A stretch of 46,255 nt of DNA from Actinomycetota bacterium. Its GTDB lineage: Bacteria > Actinomycetota > Thermoleophilia > Solirubrobacterales > 70-9. The stretch covers positions 1 to 46,255 of the forward strand of contig JBKPOV010000055.1 in NCBI GenBank assembly GCA_046733315.1, given 5' to 3'. Position numbers and translations under genes: made by a program. Shown here piece after piece: positions 16,251 to 24,546 of this stretch (its first letter is position 1; each line of letters begins with the position of its first letter). The notes below the pieces were generated by a model. It searched no databases. It saw nothing but the letters and a program-made list of their open reading frames with translations, and was not told the DNA's origin.

Positions 16251-18626
16251 ATGGCACGTGGAAGTGCAGCACGCGCGGGACTGGTGGTCGGCTTGGCCGG
16301 GACTGGGCTCGCTGCTGCCGCGACCGCAGCTGCTTGGCATTGGCTGGCCCGCCGGCCGCTGCCGAAGCAGAAAGGCTCGATCGCGCTCGACGGCCTCGAC
16401 GAGCCGGTCAGCATCCGTCGCGATCGCTGGGGCGTGCCTCACATCGAGGCCGGCAACGCCCGCGATCTCTGGTTCGCTGAGGGTTTCTGCCACGGCCAGG
16501 ACCGGCTCTGGCAGCTCGACTTCTACCGCCGCGTGGTCGCCGGCCGGGTGGCCGCGATGGCCGGCCCCGAGGGCCTGCCGATCGACCGCCTAATGCGCAC
16601 GCTGGGGATTCGCCGCACGGCTGAACGCGAGGCCGCGACGCTCGATCCGGAGCTGCTCGCCCTGCTGGAGCGCTTCTGCGAGGGGGTCAATGCGGCCGCT
16701 GCCGACGCCAAGGCGTTGCCCTTTGAGATGCAGTTGCTGCGGCTCGAGTGGAAACCCTGGCGCCCGGTCGACATCCTCAGCCTCGGCAAGCTGCTTGCCT
16801 TCGGCCTCTCGACCAACTGGGAGCGCGAGCTGCTGCGTGCCGATATGACCCGCGCACTCGGGGCGGAGCTGGCGGCGCGTCTCGACCCCGGCTATCCCGC
16901 CGACAACCCGATCGTCACTCAGGAATCGTGGTCGGGGGAAGGACTGCCGATCGTCGAGCAGATCGATGCCGTGCGCCGCTCGATCGGCCTCGCCGCCGAG
17001 GCGAGCGGCTCCAATAACTGGGCCGTCTCCGGCAGGCTCAGCGCTAGCGGGAAGCCGCTGATCGCCGGCGACCCCCACCTGCCGCCGAGCATGCCCGGCA
17101 TCTGGTACCAGGTCGGTCTCACGCTCGGCGATCGTTTCGTCCGCGGCGCCTCGCTGCCGGGCATGCCGGGCGTCTACATGGGCCAGAACAACGACGTCTG
17201 CTGGACCTTCACCAACGTGATGGCCGATGTCGAGGACCTCTTCGTCGAGCGCCTCGACGGCGATCGCTACCTCTTCGAAGAGGAGTGGCGACCGCTCGAG
17301 GTCGTGCGCGAGGAGATCCCCGTCAAGGGTCGCGACGCCCCCGAGGTGCTCGACGTGCGCATCACGCACCACGGACCGATAGTCAACGAGGCGCTCGGCG
17401 CCGACGCGGCCGAGCCGCTGGCGCTGCGCTGGCAGACGCTCGACCAGCCCACCGCGTTCAAGGGCATGTTCGACCTGCACGGGATCCGCTCAGGGCCCGA
17501 GCTCGTCGCCAGCCTTGCCGAGCACAGCTCACCAGCCTCCAACCTGATCTGGGCCGACCGCCACGGCTCGATCGGCTACAAGCTGGTCGGTCGCCTGCCG
17601 CTGCGCAAAGGCGGTTGCCCGGACCTGCCGAAGCCGGGCTGGACGGGGGAGTTCGAGTGGGACGGCACCATCCCCTACGGGGAATTGCCCGAGGAGATCG
17701 ACCCGGAGAGCGGCTTCCTCGTCACCGCCAACAACCGAATCGTCGGCGACGACTACCCGCACCACATCACCAGCGAGTGGCTCGACGGCTTTCGTGCTGA
17801 GCGAATCGAGCAGCTGCTGCGCGCCAGCGACGAACACGACATCGATGGCTTCGAGGCGATGCAGTCGGACAATCTCTCGCTGCCGGGACTCGAGGCGGCG
17901 CGGCGGCTGAGCCGCCTGAAGCCGCAGGGGCAACGTGAGCGCAGCGCGCTCGAGCGGCTGCGCAGCTGGGACGGCAGGCTCGATCCGGACTCGATCGCCG
18001 GCACGATCTACCAGGCCTTCCTGCTGCGGCTGGCACGCGAGGTCGCCCGCGCCGCGATCGGCGATCGCGACCTCTGCGAGCGCTGGCTCGACCGCGCCGA
18101 CAACGGCTTCACGCCGCACGTCACCTCGCCCTGGCGCTGGCACTCGCACCTGATGAAACTCTGGGAGGAAGGCGACGAGGAGCTGATCGGCCGGCCCTGG
18201 GACGACCTCGTGCTCGAGGCACTCAGCGGCGCGCTGGATGACCTCAGCGACCGCTTCGGCCCCGACGCCGCGGGCTGGCGTTGGGGGCACGTGCACGAGA
18301 TGGAGTTCCCCCACCCGCTGGGGGAGGCCAACCCGCTGCTGCGGCGCCTGCTCAACCGGCGCCTCAAAGCGGGCGGTGCTCAGGAGACGGTGAGCCAGAT
18401 CGCCTATGACCCCAACGACCCCTACAAGGCCGTCTGGGCGCCGAGCTGGCGCATGGTTGCCGAACCGGCCGCCCCGGAGCGCTCACGCTGGCAGATGTTC
18501 ACCGGGCAATCGGGCCACCCCGCTAGCCGTCACTACGACGACCTGCAGGCCGATTGGCTAGAGGGCCGGACCCAGCCAATGGCCGGTGAGGGTCCCTGGC
18601 GCAAGCTAAATCTCGTTCCCGCCTGA
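16251..18626 (+). CDS. Penicillin acylase family (Ntn hydrolase; penicillin/AHL-acylase-like), secreted
   Basis: N-terminal signal-like 'GLVVGLAGTGLAAAATAAA', then 'WGVPHIEA...GFCHGQDRLWQLD'. The autoproteolytic nucleophile motif 'GSNNWAVSG' is present. 791 aa is typical for the family. Confidence 0.9.
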   Translation: MARGSAARAGLVVGLAGTGLAAAATAAAWHWLARRPLPKQKGSIALDGLDEPVSIRRDRWGVPHIEAGNARDLWFAEGFCHGQDRLWQLDFYRRVVAGRVAAMAGPEGLPIDRLMRTLGIRRTAEREAATLDPELLALLERFCEGVNAAAADAKALPFEMQLLRLEWKPWRPVDILSLGKLLAFGLSTNWERELLRADMTRALGAELAARLDPGYPADNPIVTQESWSGEGLPIVEQIDAVRRSIGLAAEASGSNNWAVSGRLSASGKPLIAGDPHLPPSMPGIWYQVGLTLGDRFVRGASLPGMPGVYMGQNNDVCWTFTNVMADVEDLFVERLDGDRYLFEEEWRPLEVVREEIPVKGRDAPEVLDVRITHHGPIVNEALGADAAEPLALRWQTLDQPTAFKGMFDLHGIRSGPELVASLAEHSSPASNLIWADRHGSIGYKLVGRLPLRKGGCPDLPKPGWTGEFEWDGTIPYGELPEEIDPESGFLVTANNRIVGDDYPHHITSEWLDGFRAERIEQLLRASDEHDIDGFEAMQSDNLSLPGLEAARRLSRLKPQGQRERSALERLRSWDGRLDPDSIAGTIYQAFLLRLAREVARAAIGDRDLCERWLDRADNGFTPHVTSPWRWHSHLMKLWEEGDEELIGRPWDDLVLEALSGALDDLSDRFGPDAAGWRWGHVHEMEFPHPLGEANPLLRRLLNRRLKAGGAQETVSQIAYDPNDPYKAVWAPSWRMVAEPAAPERSRWQMFTGQSGHPASRHYDDLQADWLEGRTQPMAGEGPWRKLNLVPA

Positions 18627-18668
18627 GCGGGGCCGAATCGATTGACGGCTGCAATGGTTTGGGATCGT

Positions 18669-20051
18669 ATGCGCCTGCTTCGTCCAGCCGTTGCGGCACT
18701 CGTGCTGCTCGGGCTCCTTGCCGCGCCGGCGGCTGCTCGGACCGTCCACTTCGGTGGCCGCGCCGTCGAGGTGCCCGCCAACTGGCCGGTCTACCGCTTG
18801 GCCGATCACCCGCGCATGTGCGTTCGGCTCGATCGCCAGGCGGTCTATCTGGGCACGCCCGGCGCCAGCCAACGCTGCCCCGTCGATGCGATCGGACGCA
18901 GGCGCGCGATTCTGGTCGAACCGCGCTCGCAGGCGAGCGCTCGGGCTGGAGCCAGCGCCATCGCACCGCCGGCCCCGGTGTCGGCGCCGGAAGCCTTCAC
19001 AGGCCTCGGCTTCGACGCCTGCGCAGCGCCCTCGTCACGGATGATGACCGCCTGGGCGGCTTCGCCCTATCGCGGGATCGGCGTCTACATCGGCGGCACC
19101 AACCGCGCCTGCTCGCAGCCCAACCTGACCACGGACTGGGTCGGCGAGCAAGTCGCCGCCGGTTGGCACCTGATCCCGACCTACGTCGGCCTGCAGGCGA
19201 CGACCAGCGCCTGCAGCAGCTGCGCCAAGCTGAGTGCCAGCCTCGCCAGGGCGACCCTGCAGGGGGCCGAAGAGGCCCGCGATGCGGTCGAAGAGGCGGC
19301 CGCTATCGGTATGGGGCCGGGCAGCCCGATCTACTTCGACATGGAGGCCTACACCCGCACCTCCAGCGCAACCTCGTCGACCCTTACCTTCCTCTCCGCC
19401 TGGACTGACCAGCTGCACGCCCTCGGCTACGTCTCCGGCGTCTACAGCTCCAGCGCTTCCGGGATCGCCGACCTCGGTCGGGCGGTCGGCGGTAGCACCT
19501 ACACGCTGCCCGACCACGTCTGGACCGCCAACTGGAACGGCCAGCAGAACACGCTCGATCCCTACCTGCCCTCGACCGCCTGGGCCTCGCACCAGCGCAT
19601 CCACCAGTACCGCGGCGGCCACAACGAGAGCTACGGTCTGACCACGATCAACATCGACAACAACTTCATCGACGGCGCCACCGTGGGCGCGACGGTGGCG
19701 GCCCCGGAGCTGCCCCCGCTGACCGTCAAGCACGTACGCGCCAGCGGTGGCGCCGTGCGCGTCTGGGTCCGTTGTGGCTGGCCCGAAGGCGAAAGCTGTC
19801 CCGGCCAGATCATCCTGCGCACCCACGCGAGGCTGCCGGCCCGCGCCCGGCGCGGCGTGCCGAGCCGGGTCGTCCGCCTCAACGTCAGCCACCGCACCTT
19901 CCGCCTTGCCGGTGGCAAGTCGCACACCTTCCGGGTTCCGCTCGATTCGCGTGGGCAGCCGCTGCTGCGCCTGCGCGGCTCGCTCAAGGTGCAGTTGCTG
20001 GTTGCGATTCCGGAAGCCCGCGCGGTGCGGGCGATCGAGCTCAGCCGCTAG
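18669..20051 (+). CDS. Secreted DUF1906 (Rv2525c-like glycoside-hydrolase-like) domain protein with a C-terminal beta-rich extension
   Basis: Signal peptide 'MRLLRPAVAALVLLGLLAAPAAA'. 'FTGLGFDACAAPS...PYRGIGVYIGG...GWHLIPTYVGLQA' matches the DUF1906 pattern. Alternative starts are at 18642 and 18654. Confidence 0.8.
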   Translation: MRLLRPAVAALVLLGLLAAPAAARTVHFGGRAVEVPANWPVYRLADHPRMCVRLDRQAVYLGTPGASQRCPVDAIGRRRAILVEPRSQASARAGASAIAPPAPVSAPEAFTGLGFDACAAPSSRMMTAWAASPYRGIGVYIGGTNRACSQPNLTTDWVGEQVAAGWHLIPTYVGLQATTSACSSCAKLSASLARATLQGAEEARDAVEEAAAIGMGPGSPIYFDMEAYTRTSSATSSTLTFLSAWTDQLHALGYVSGVYSSSASGIADLGRAVGGSTYTLPDHVWTANWNGQQNTLDPYLPSTAWASHQRIHQYRGGHNESYGLTTINIDNNFIDGATVGATVAAPELPPLTVKHVRASGGAVRVWVRCGWPEGESCPGQIILRTHARLPARARRGVPSRVVRLNVSHRTFRLAGGKSHTFRVPLDSRGQPLLRLRGSLKVQLLVAIPEARAVRAIELSR

Positions 20052-20700
20052 TAGAGCGGTCCAGCCACTCCTCACCGTCGCCGGTGACGGCGCTGACCAG
20101 CTCGACGATCGGCGCCGCCGCCTTCGCCGGAGAGCCGGAGTCAAACGGAGGCTGCGGGTCGTACTCGATGCCGAGCTGGATCGCTTGGGCGACCTCCGGC
20201 GTGGTCTCGCGGCCGACGAGGTGCAGTGCCATGTCGATCCCGGCCGAGACGCCGGCGGCGGTGACGGTCTTGCCATCCTCTACGTAACGGCCGCCAACCG
20301 GGTCGGCGCCGAACTCGCGCAGCTGCTCGAGGAAGAGCCAGTGGCTGGTCGCCCGCTTGCCCTCGAGCAATCCGGCGGCGCCGAGCACGAGCGAGCCGGT
20401 GCAGACCGACGTAGTCCACTTGGTCTGCTCGTCGATGCGGCGCAGCCACGACAGCACCGCCTCGTCGTGCAGCAGCGGCCGGTTGCCTTCGCCGCCTGGC
20501 ACCAGGACGACGTCCGCCTCGGTCGTCTCCTCGAGCGAGTGATCGACGCTGAGCCCGAGCGCGCCGCTGTCGGTGCGCACCGTGCCCTTCTCGAGCCCGA
20601 CGAACTGGACCTCCCAGCCGGGGACCGAGCGAAACACCTCGTATGGACCGACCGCGTCGAGGGCGGTGAGCTTCTCGAAGATCAGGATCGCGACTCGCAC
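20041..20700 (-). CDS. DJ-1/PfpI family protein
   Basis: 'VRVAILIFEKLTALDAVGPYEVF', 'VVLVPGG' and the nucleophile elbow 'SVCTGSLVLGAAGLL'. I chose GTG 20700; the track start at 20865 overlaps vapC. Confidence 0.85.
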   Translation of the reverse strand: MRVAILIFEKLTALDAVGPYEVFRSVPGWEVQFVGLEKGTVRTDSGALGLSVDHSLEETTEADVVLVPGGEGNRPLLHDEAVLSWLRRIDEQTKWTTSVCTGSLVLGAAGLLEGKRATSHWLFLEQLREFGADPVGGRYVEDGKTVTAAGVSAGIDMALHLVGRETTPEVAQAIQLGIEYDPQPPFDSGSPAKAAAPIVELVSAVTGDGEEWLDRSTSG

Positions 20701-20747
20701 CGCTGTCGATCCTACGGTGTTTCGGCTGGCTGGACCGGTCGCCCGGC

Positions 20748-21125
20748 TCAGGCCCAAGTGGCCAGCGGCAGGTTGTCGAGGATGGTGCGGTCCGCGGTGA
20801 CCAGCGGGACGTCGGCGACGATCGCGTGCGCCGCGATCATCCGGTCGAACGGATCTCGCGTCCAAGTGAGGTCGGTTGCCGCGCGCACCAAGGCCCCCAC
20901 GGAGGTGTCGGAGACCTGCACCCCGATCGTCTTGGCCAGTCCGGCCAGCGGAGTCGCTGCCGGCTCGGTGACCCGCCCGACTTCATAGAGATAGGTCAGC
21001 TCCAGCTCGACGATCGGGGACACGAACGCTTCCTCGGACTCGATTAGGTTGCGGGCGGCAGCGGGAATTCGCCGCTCCGCGCCCTCGTAGAGCCAGCCCA
21101 CGACATGGGTGTCAAGAAGGATCAG
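20748..21125 (-). CDS. vapC: PIN-domain toxin (VapC family); the 5' end requires a non-canonical start
   Basis: Conserved acidic residues are present in 'LLDTH', 'IVELELTY', 'TRDPFDRMIAAHA' and 'LVTADRTI'. The LLDTH Asp (codon 21113-21111) lies upstream of the first canonical start (GTG 21101). The only in-frame candidates are CTG 21125 and ATC 21122. Confidence 0.75.
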   Translation of the reverse strand: MILLDTHVVGWLYEGAERRIPAAARNLIESEEAFVSPIVELELTYLYEVGRVTEPAATPLAGLAKTIGVQVSDTSVGALVRAATDLTWTRDPFDRMIAAHAIVADVPLVTADRTILDNLPLATWA

Positions 21126-21390
21126 GGTTCCACTCCGAGGACCAGTCCATGTGGATCAGCTCGTCGGGATCGCCGACGATGTAGCCCTCGCGGCGTGGCA
21201 GGCGATCCCAGATCGACTGTTCCTCCTTCGGCGCGATCACCAGAGTCTTGCCGTTCCGTTCGATCTCCAGGGGCCGACCGGTCTCGAGGACCTCGTCCAG
21301 CATCCGATAGATGTTGGCGCGGAGCTTGGAGGCGGTGGTTGCCAAAGCAGATCCTATAGTTTTCGTACGTACGTAGAAAGGAAAAGACAT
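21112..21390 (-). CDS. Phd/YefM-family type II antitoxin
   Basis: 'ATTASKLRANIYRMLDEVLETGRPLEIERNGKTLVI' is a classic Phd/YefM N-terminus. Its stop overlaps the vapC reading frame. Possible starts are ATG 21390 or TTG 21345, which is preceded by AGGA at 6-nt spacing. The track start at 21444 is unlikely. Confidence 0.8.
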   Translation of the reverse strand: MSFPFYVRTKTIGSALATTASKLRANIYRMLDEVLETGRPLEIERNGKTLVIAPKEEQSIWDRLPRREGYIVGDPDELIHMDWSSEWNPDPS

Positions 21391-21397
21391 ACGTACG
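21364..21397. promoter_or_regulatory. Two copies of the self-complementary box TACGTACG (candidate Phd/VapC operator)
   Basis: 'tacgtacg' occurs at 21366-21373 and 21390-21397, spaced 24 nt apart. They lie in a low-GC stretch just upstream of, or overlapping, the antitoxin start. Confidence 0.5.
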
Positions 21398-21665
21398 CGA
21401 CCACCGCGAGTGGAGGGCTGTCGGGCTGGGACGTGTACTGCCATGGGGGCGACGCTACAGATCGATTTCCGACGTGTTGCGCGCAGCTACACATGAATCG
21501 CCAACGCGCCCCAGGCGGGGGCCTTCGCGCCCTGGCCCATGCCGGCTCGCTGGCGAGCTGAGGAGCCGCTTTCCCGCTACATGGTTGCCGCCCCGCGGCA
21601 CGCTTCGCCGAACAACCGGCTAGCCGCTCGAATTGACGCCGTGAGGTGTCCGTACACTGCTGCGG

Positions 21666-22559
21666 ATGGAGGTGGTTAGTGAGTTCGTTTCAAAGCCCTC
21701 AGAGGCGGCAGCGGCGACCGCCGATGCCCCGTCCCGTGCGTGCCCTGTCTGTCGCAGTCGCGGCTTCGAGCTGCCGCGCTACCGCAACGTCGGCCTAGCC
21801 CGCTGCGAGGATTGCGGCCTCGTTTTCCATGGCCGGACACCGGCCCATGCCCGCGATGCGTACGTGAACGGCGAGTACGTCGCCAGGCACGTGGACTACG
21901 TCGAAGAGGAACGCGCCGCCAAGCACATTGCCGATCAGCGGGCCGAGTGGTTGCTGGGCTTCACGCCCCCGGGCACCTTGCTCGAGCTGGGCTCCGGCCG
22001 CGGATTCTTCCTCGATGCGGTGGGCCGTCGCGGCTTCGAGCCGATCGGCGTCGAGCCCTCGCCGACCCTTATCGAGCGCGCGAGGTGGGACTTCGGCGTC
22101 GAGGTCAAACAGGGATTTCTCGATGAAGTGGATCTCGCCGGCCGGCGCTTTGACAGCGCCTGCATGTTCCACGTCTTCGAGCACGTCGAGGAGCCGGTCG
22201 AGCTCCTGCGCCAGCTCGCCGCCCGACTGCGCCGGCGCGGCCTCCTGATCCTCGAGGTTCCCAATATCGCCAGCGCGATGGCTCGCCGCCGGGCGGAGGC
22301 GTGGGGTGCCGTTCAGCCGGACAACCTGCACATCACGCAGTTCACGCCGCGTAGCCTGCGCACAGTGGTCGAGGTCGCCGGGTTTGAGGTCGCCGGGGTC
22401 GACACGATTTCTCCCTGGCACTACATTCCCCCGGCCGATCGCTGGCGCCACCGTGCCCTGCTCGGGTATGCCTACCGCGCCGCCTCGCTACGCACCTTGC
22501 GGGTCACGCACGCGAGTGGCTTCGACCACCTCAGGCTGGTCGCGCGCCTACCCGCTTAG
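21666..22559 (+). CDS. Class I SAM-dependent methyltransferase with an N-terminal zinc ribbon
   Basis: 'CPVCRSRGFE...CEDCGLVF' is a 4-Cys ribbon. 'LLELGSGRGFF' is SAM motif I. 'MFHVFEHVEEP' and 'LILEVPN' are also present. Confidence 0.85.
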   Translation: MEVVSEFVSKPSEAAAATADAPSRACPVCRSRGFELPRYRNVGLARCEDCGLVFHGRTPAHARDAYVNGEYVARHVDYVEEERAAKHIADQRAEWLLGFTPPGTLLELGSGRGFFLDAVGRRGFEPIGVEPSPTLIERARWDFGVEVKQGFLDEVDLAGRRFDSACMFHVFEHVEEPVELLRQLAARLRRRGLLILEVPNIASAMARRRAEAWGAVQPDNLHITQFTPRSLRTVVEVAGFEVAGVDTISPWHYIPPADRWRHRALLGYAYRAASLRTLRVTHASGFDHLRLVARLPA

Positions 22560-23116
22560 CCGCTCCGGTCGGCTAGGGCTTTTTTCTTCGCGTCGTCGAT
22601 CGCTTCGCGGATCACCGCGGCACGATCGAGGACGTAGAAGTCATCAGAGATCTTCCACTCGCCGCCTTCGCGGACGAGCGTGAAGGCCTGGGGGGTGCCG
22701 CTGGTCGTGAAGCGCGAGGCGCCGACCGGCTGCCGGGTCTCGACCCGCACGTAGAGGGTCGCGATATCGCCTTCACGCTGGGATTCTTCGAGCTTGGGCA
22801 GTGAGCGGAGCGAGTCGCCGGAGACCAGCAGCAGGTTGCGCCGCGTCTGTTCGTCGGCTTCGCGTTGGCGGCGAATCGGCACGGCGAGATCGCGCAGGTA
22901 GCCGCTCAGGTCGTTGTACTGGATGTGCATCCACCACTGCAGCAGCGCCTCCTCGGGCGAACCGGCGGGCTGCTTATGCACGGCGGAGAGGGTGAGCAGG
23001 TTCTCGGCCGCGCTTGGCGTTCCGGGCGGTGGCGGATCCTCGCCGCCACAACCGGTGACCGCGACCAGGGCCACGATCGCGGCGGCTGCGGGAAATCGTC
23101 TCAGCACCGGCGTCAT
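22556..23116 (-). CDS. Hypothetical lipoprotein
   Basis: Signal peptide with lipobox 'LVAVTGCGG'. It has a 4-nt overlap with the upstream Wzy-like gene. Confidence 0.7.
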   Translation of the reverse strand: MTPVLRRFPAAAAIVALVAVTGCGGEDPPPPGTPSAAENLLTLSAVHKQPAGSPEEALLQWWMHIQYNDLSGYLRDLAVPIRRQREADEQTRRNLLLVSGDSLRSLPKLEESQREGDIATLYVRVETRQPVGASRFTTSGTPQAFTLVREGGEWKISDDFYVLDRAAVIREAIDDAKKKALADRSG

Positions 23117-24546
23117 GCTATTCGAGAGCGCAGGCGCCGCACCGGCTCGCGCAGGCCCGGAAATTGGGTCGAGCCGATTGCCGCCACGGCGATCCCGGCG
23201 CCGACCAGGGCGATGAAGGTGTTGGCGGTCATCGTGCCTAGGGCGCGGGTGAGAAGCGCGAAGACGCTGGCGTAGAGGACGGCGTAGAGAATCAGGCTGA
23301 GGGCCTCGCGCCTAAAGAGCAACGCCGTCGACAAGGCCATCAGCAGGCCGATGACAAGGGAGCCGATGGCGACGCCCGGGAGGCCGAAGTTCCAGTACAG
23401 CTCGCCCTGCATCGTGATCGGGGTCCCGGCGGTGGCCCCGGGGTAGAGGTATTCGGTGACGAGGTTGTCGATCGGCTGGGGCTTGCCCGGCCAGAGCGCC
23501 CGGGGCGCGAGCGCCGCGGGGACCTGGAGCAGGCTTTCCCCGTTGAGCCGCGAGATCGAGGAGGGAACGATCTCCTGCATCGCGACGAAGTCGTCGAAGA
23601 CGCTGAGATCGGCCGTCTGGAAGGCGGGCAGCGGCGTTTCGAAGGTGCGGCTGACGGCGGTGCCGAGATCGGTCGAGGCGGCGTTGGTGCGCACGATCGC
23701 CGCGAACTCGAGCGCCCCGGCGACGAGCAGCGCGACGGCGACCGTGATCGCCACGCTGGGGGCGCTCGGCGCGCGCAGCCGCAGGTAGATCACGGCCGCG
23801 GCGAGCAGGCCGAAGGCGATGAAGCCGCGCGAGCCGAGGGCCAGCGTGCAGAGGGCGGCGAGGGAGGCGCTGACGAGTAGCACCCGCCGCGCCTCCGGGT
23901 TGGGAGCCTCGCTGCGCAGGATCGATGCGAAGGCGTAGAGCGCCGTGCCCACCAGCATCCAGATCCCGAGCTGCCCGTAGAAGCCCGAGCCCTGGTTGGT
24001 ATGCAGCGAGCCGGCCGAGTGGATCAGGGCCGCCGGTCCCCCCTGGCGCATGAAGAGGGCCCCGGCCAGCATCGCTCCCAGGCCCATCACGACCCACGGT
24101 GCCCAGCGCCGCAGTGGGACGGGGTCGAGGCGGGGAGCGCTCTCCTTGGGCGTGCGGCGCAGCACCTCCAGACCAAGGAGGAAGCCAAGCGACCAAGTCG
24201 CGCAGCCGATGCCGGCGATCGCGATCGTGCGGCTGAGGTCACCGACGTCGTAGCCGAGCTGGATCATCGGCGTGATCGCTTCGCCCGGGTAGAAGTAGAG
24301 CTCAATCGGTCGCAGGGCAAAGAGCGGCAGCCAGGTCGCCGCGGCGATTGCCAGGGGCGAGGCCACAACCCAGCGCCAGCCGGGTAGCAGCCGGCCGGCA
24401 GCGAGCGCAGTGACCGCGACGGTGACCGCGATCAGGCAGGCCATCGCGACCAAGGCGATCGCTTGGTCGCCGGCTATGACCCGGTCGGCGACCAGCCAGA
24501 AGAACACCGCGCAGAGTACGAGGACGGCCTGGGGCGCCCGAGTCAA
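23113..24546 (-). CDS. O-antigen/oligosaccharide repeat-unit polymerase-like (Wzy-like) polytopic membrane protein
   Basis: 477 aa with at least 10 hydrophobic segments and a large loop. The TTG start overlaps the ASST stop (TTGA). The call rests on genomic context in a glycan locus. Confidence 0.65.
   Translation of the reverse strand: MTRAPQAVLVLCAVFFWLVADRVIAGDQAIALVAMACLIAVTVAVTALAAGRLLPGWRWVVASPLAIAAATWLPLFALRPIELYFYPGEAITPMIQLGYDVGDLSRTIAIAGIGCATWSLGFLLGLEVLRRTPKESAPRLDPVPLRRWAPWVVMGLGAMLAGALFMRQGGPAALIHSAGSLHTNQGSGFYGQLGIWMLVGTALYAFASILRSEAPNPEARRVLLVSASLAALCTLALGSRGFIAFGLLAAAVIYLRLRAPSAPSVAITVAVALLVAGALEFAAIVRTNAASTDLGTAVSRTFETPLPAFQTADLSVFDDFVAMQEIVPSSISRLNGESLLQVPAALAPRALWPGKPQPIDNLVTEYLYPGATAGTPITMQGELYWNFGLPGVAIGSLVIGLLMALSTALLFRREALSLILYAVLYASVFALLTRALGTMTANTFIALVGAGIAVAAIGSTQFPGLREPVRRLRSRIA

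Noticed and set aside
20568-20575. A PafBC/RecA-NDp-like half motif 'tgtcggtg'. It also occurs at 39400-39407.
   Set aside because: Both copies lie inside coding sequence and are not followed by TANNNT at the N8 spacing, so they are most likely chance occurrences.
21445-21665. The 220-nt gap between the antitoxin gene and the methyltransferase, as a possible ncRNA or small gene (including plus-strand ORF 21109-21561).
   Set aside because: I found no convincing stem-loops beyond short GC stems. The plus-strand ORF is antisense to the antitoxin and low-complexity. The gap is best explained as two divergent promoter regions.
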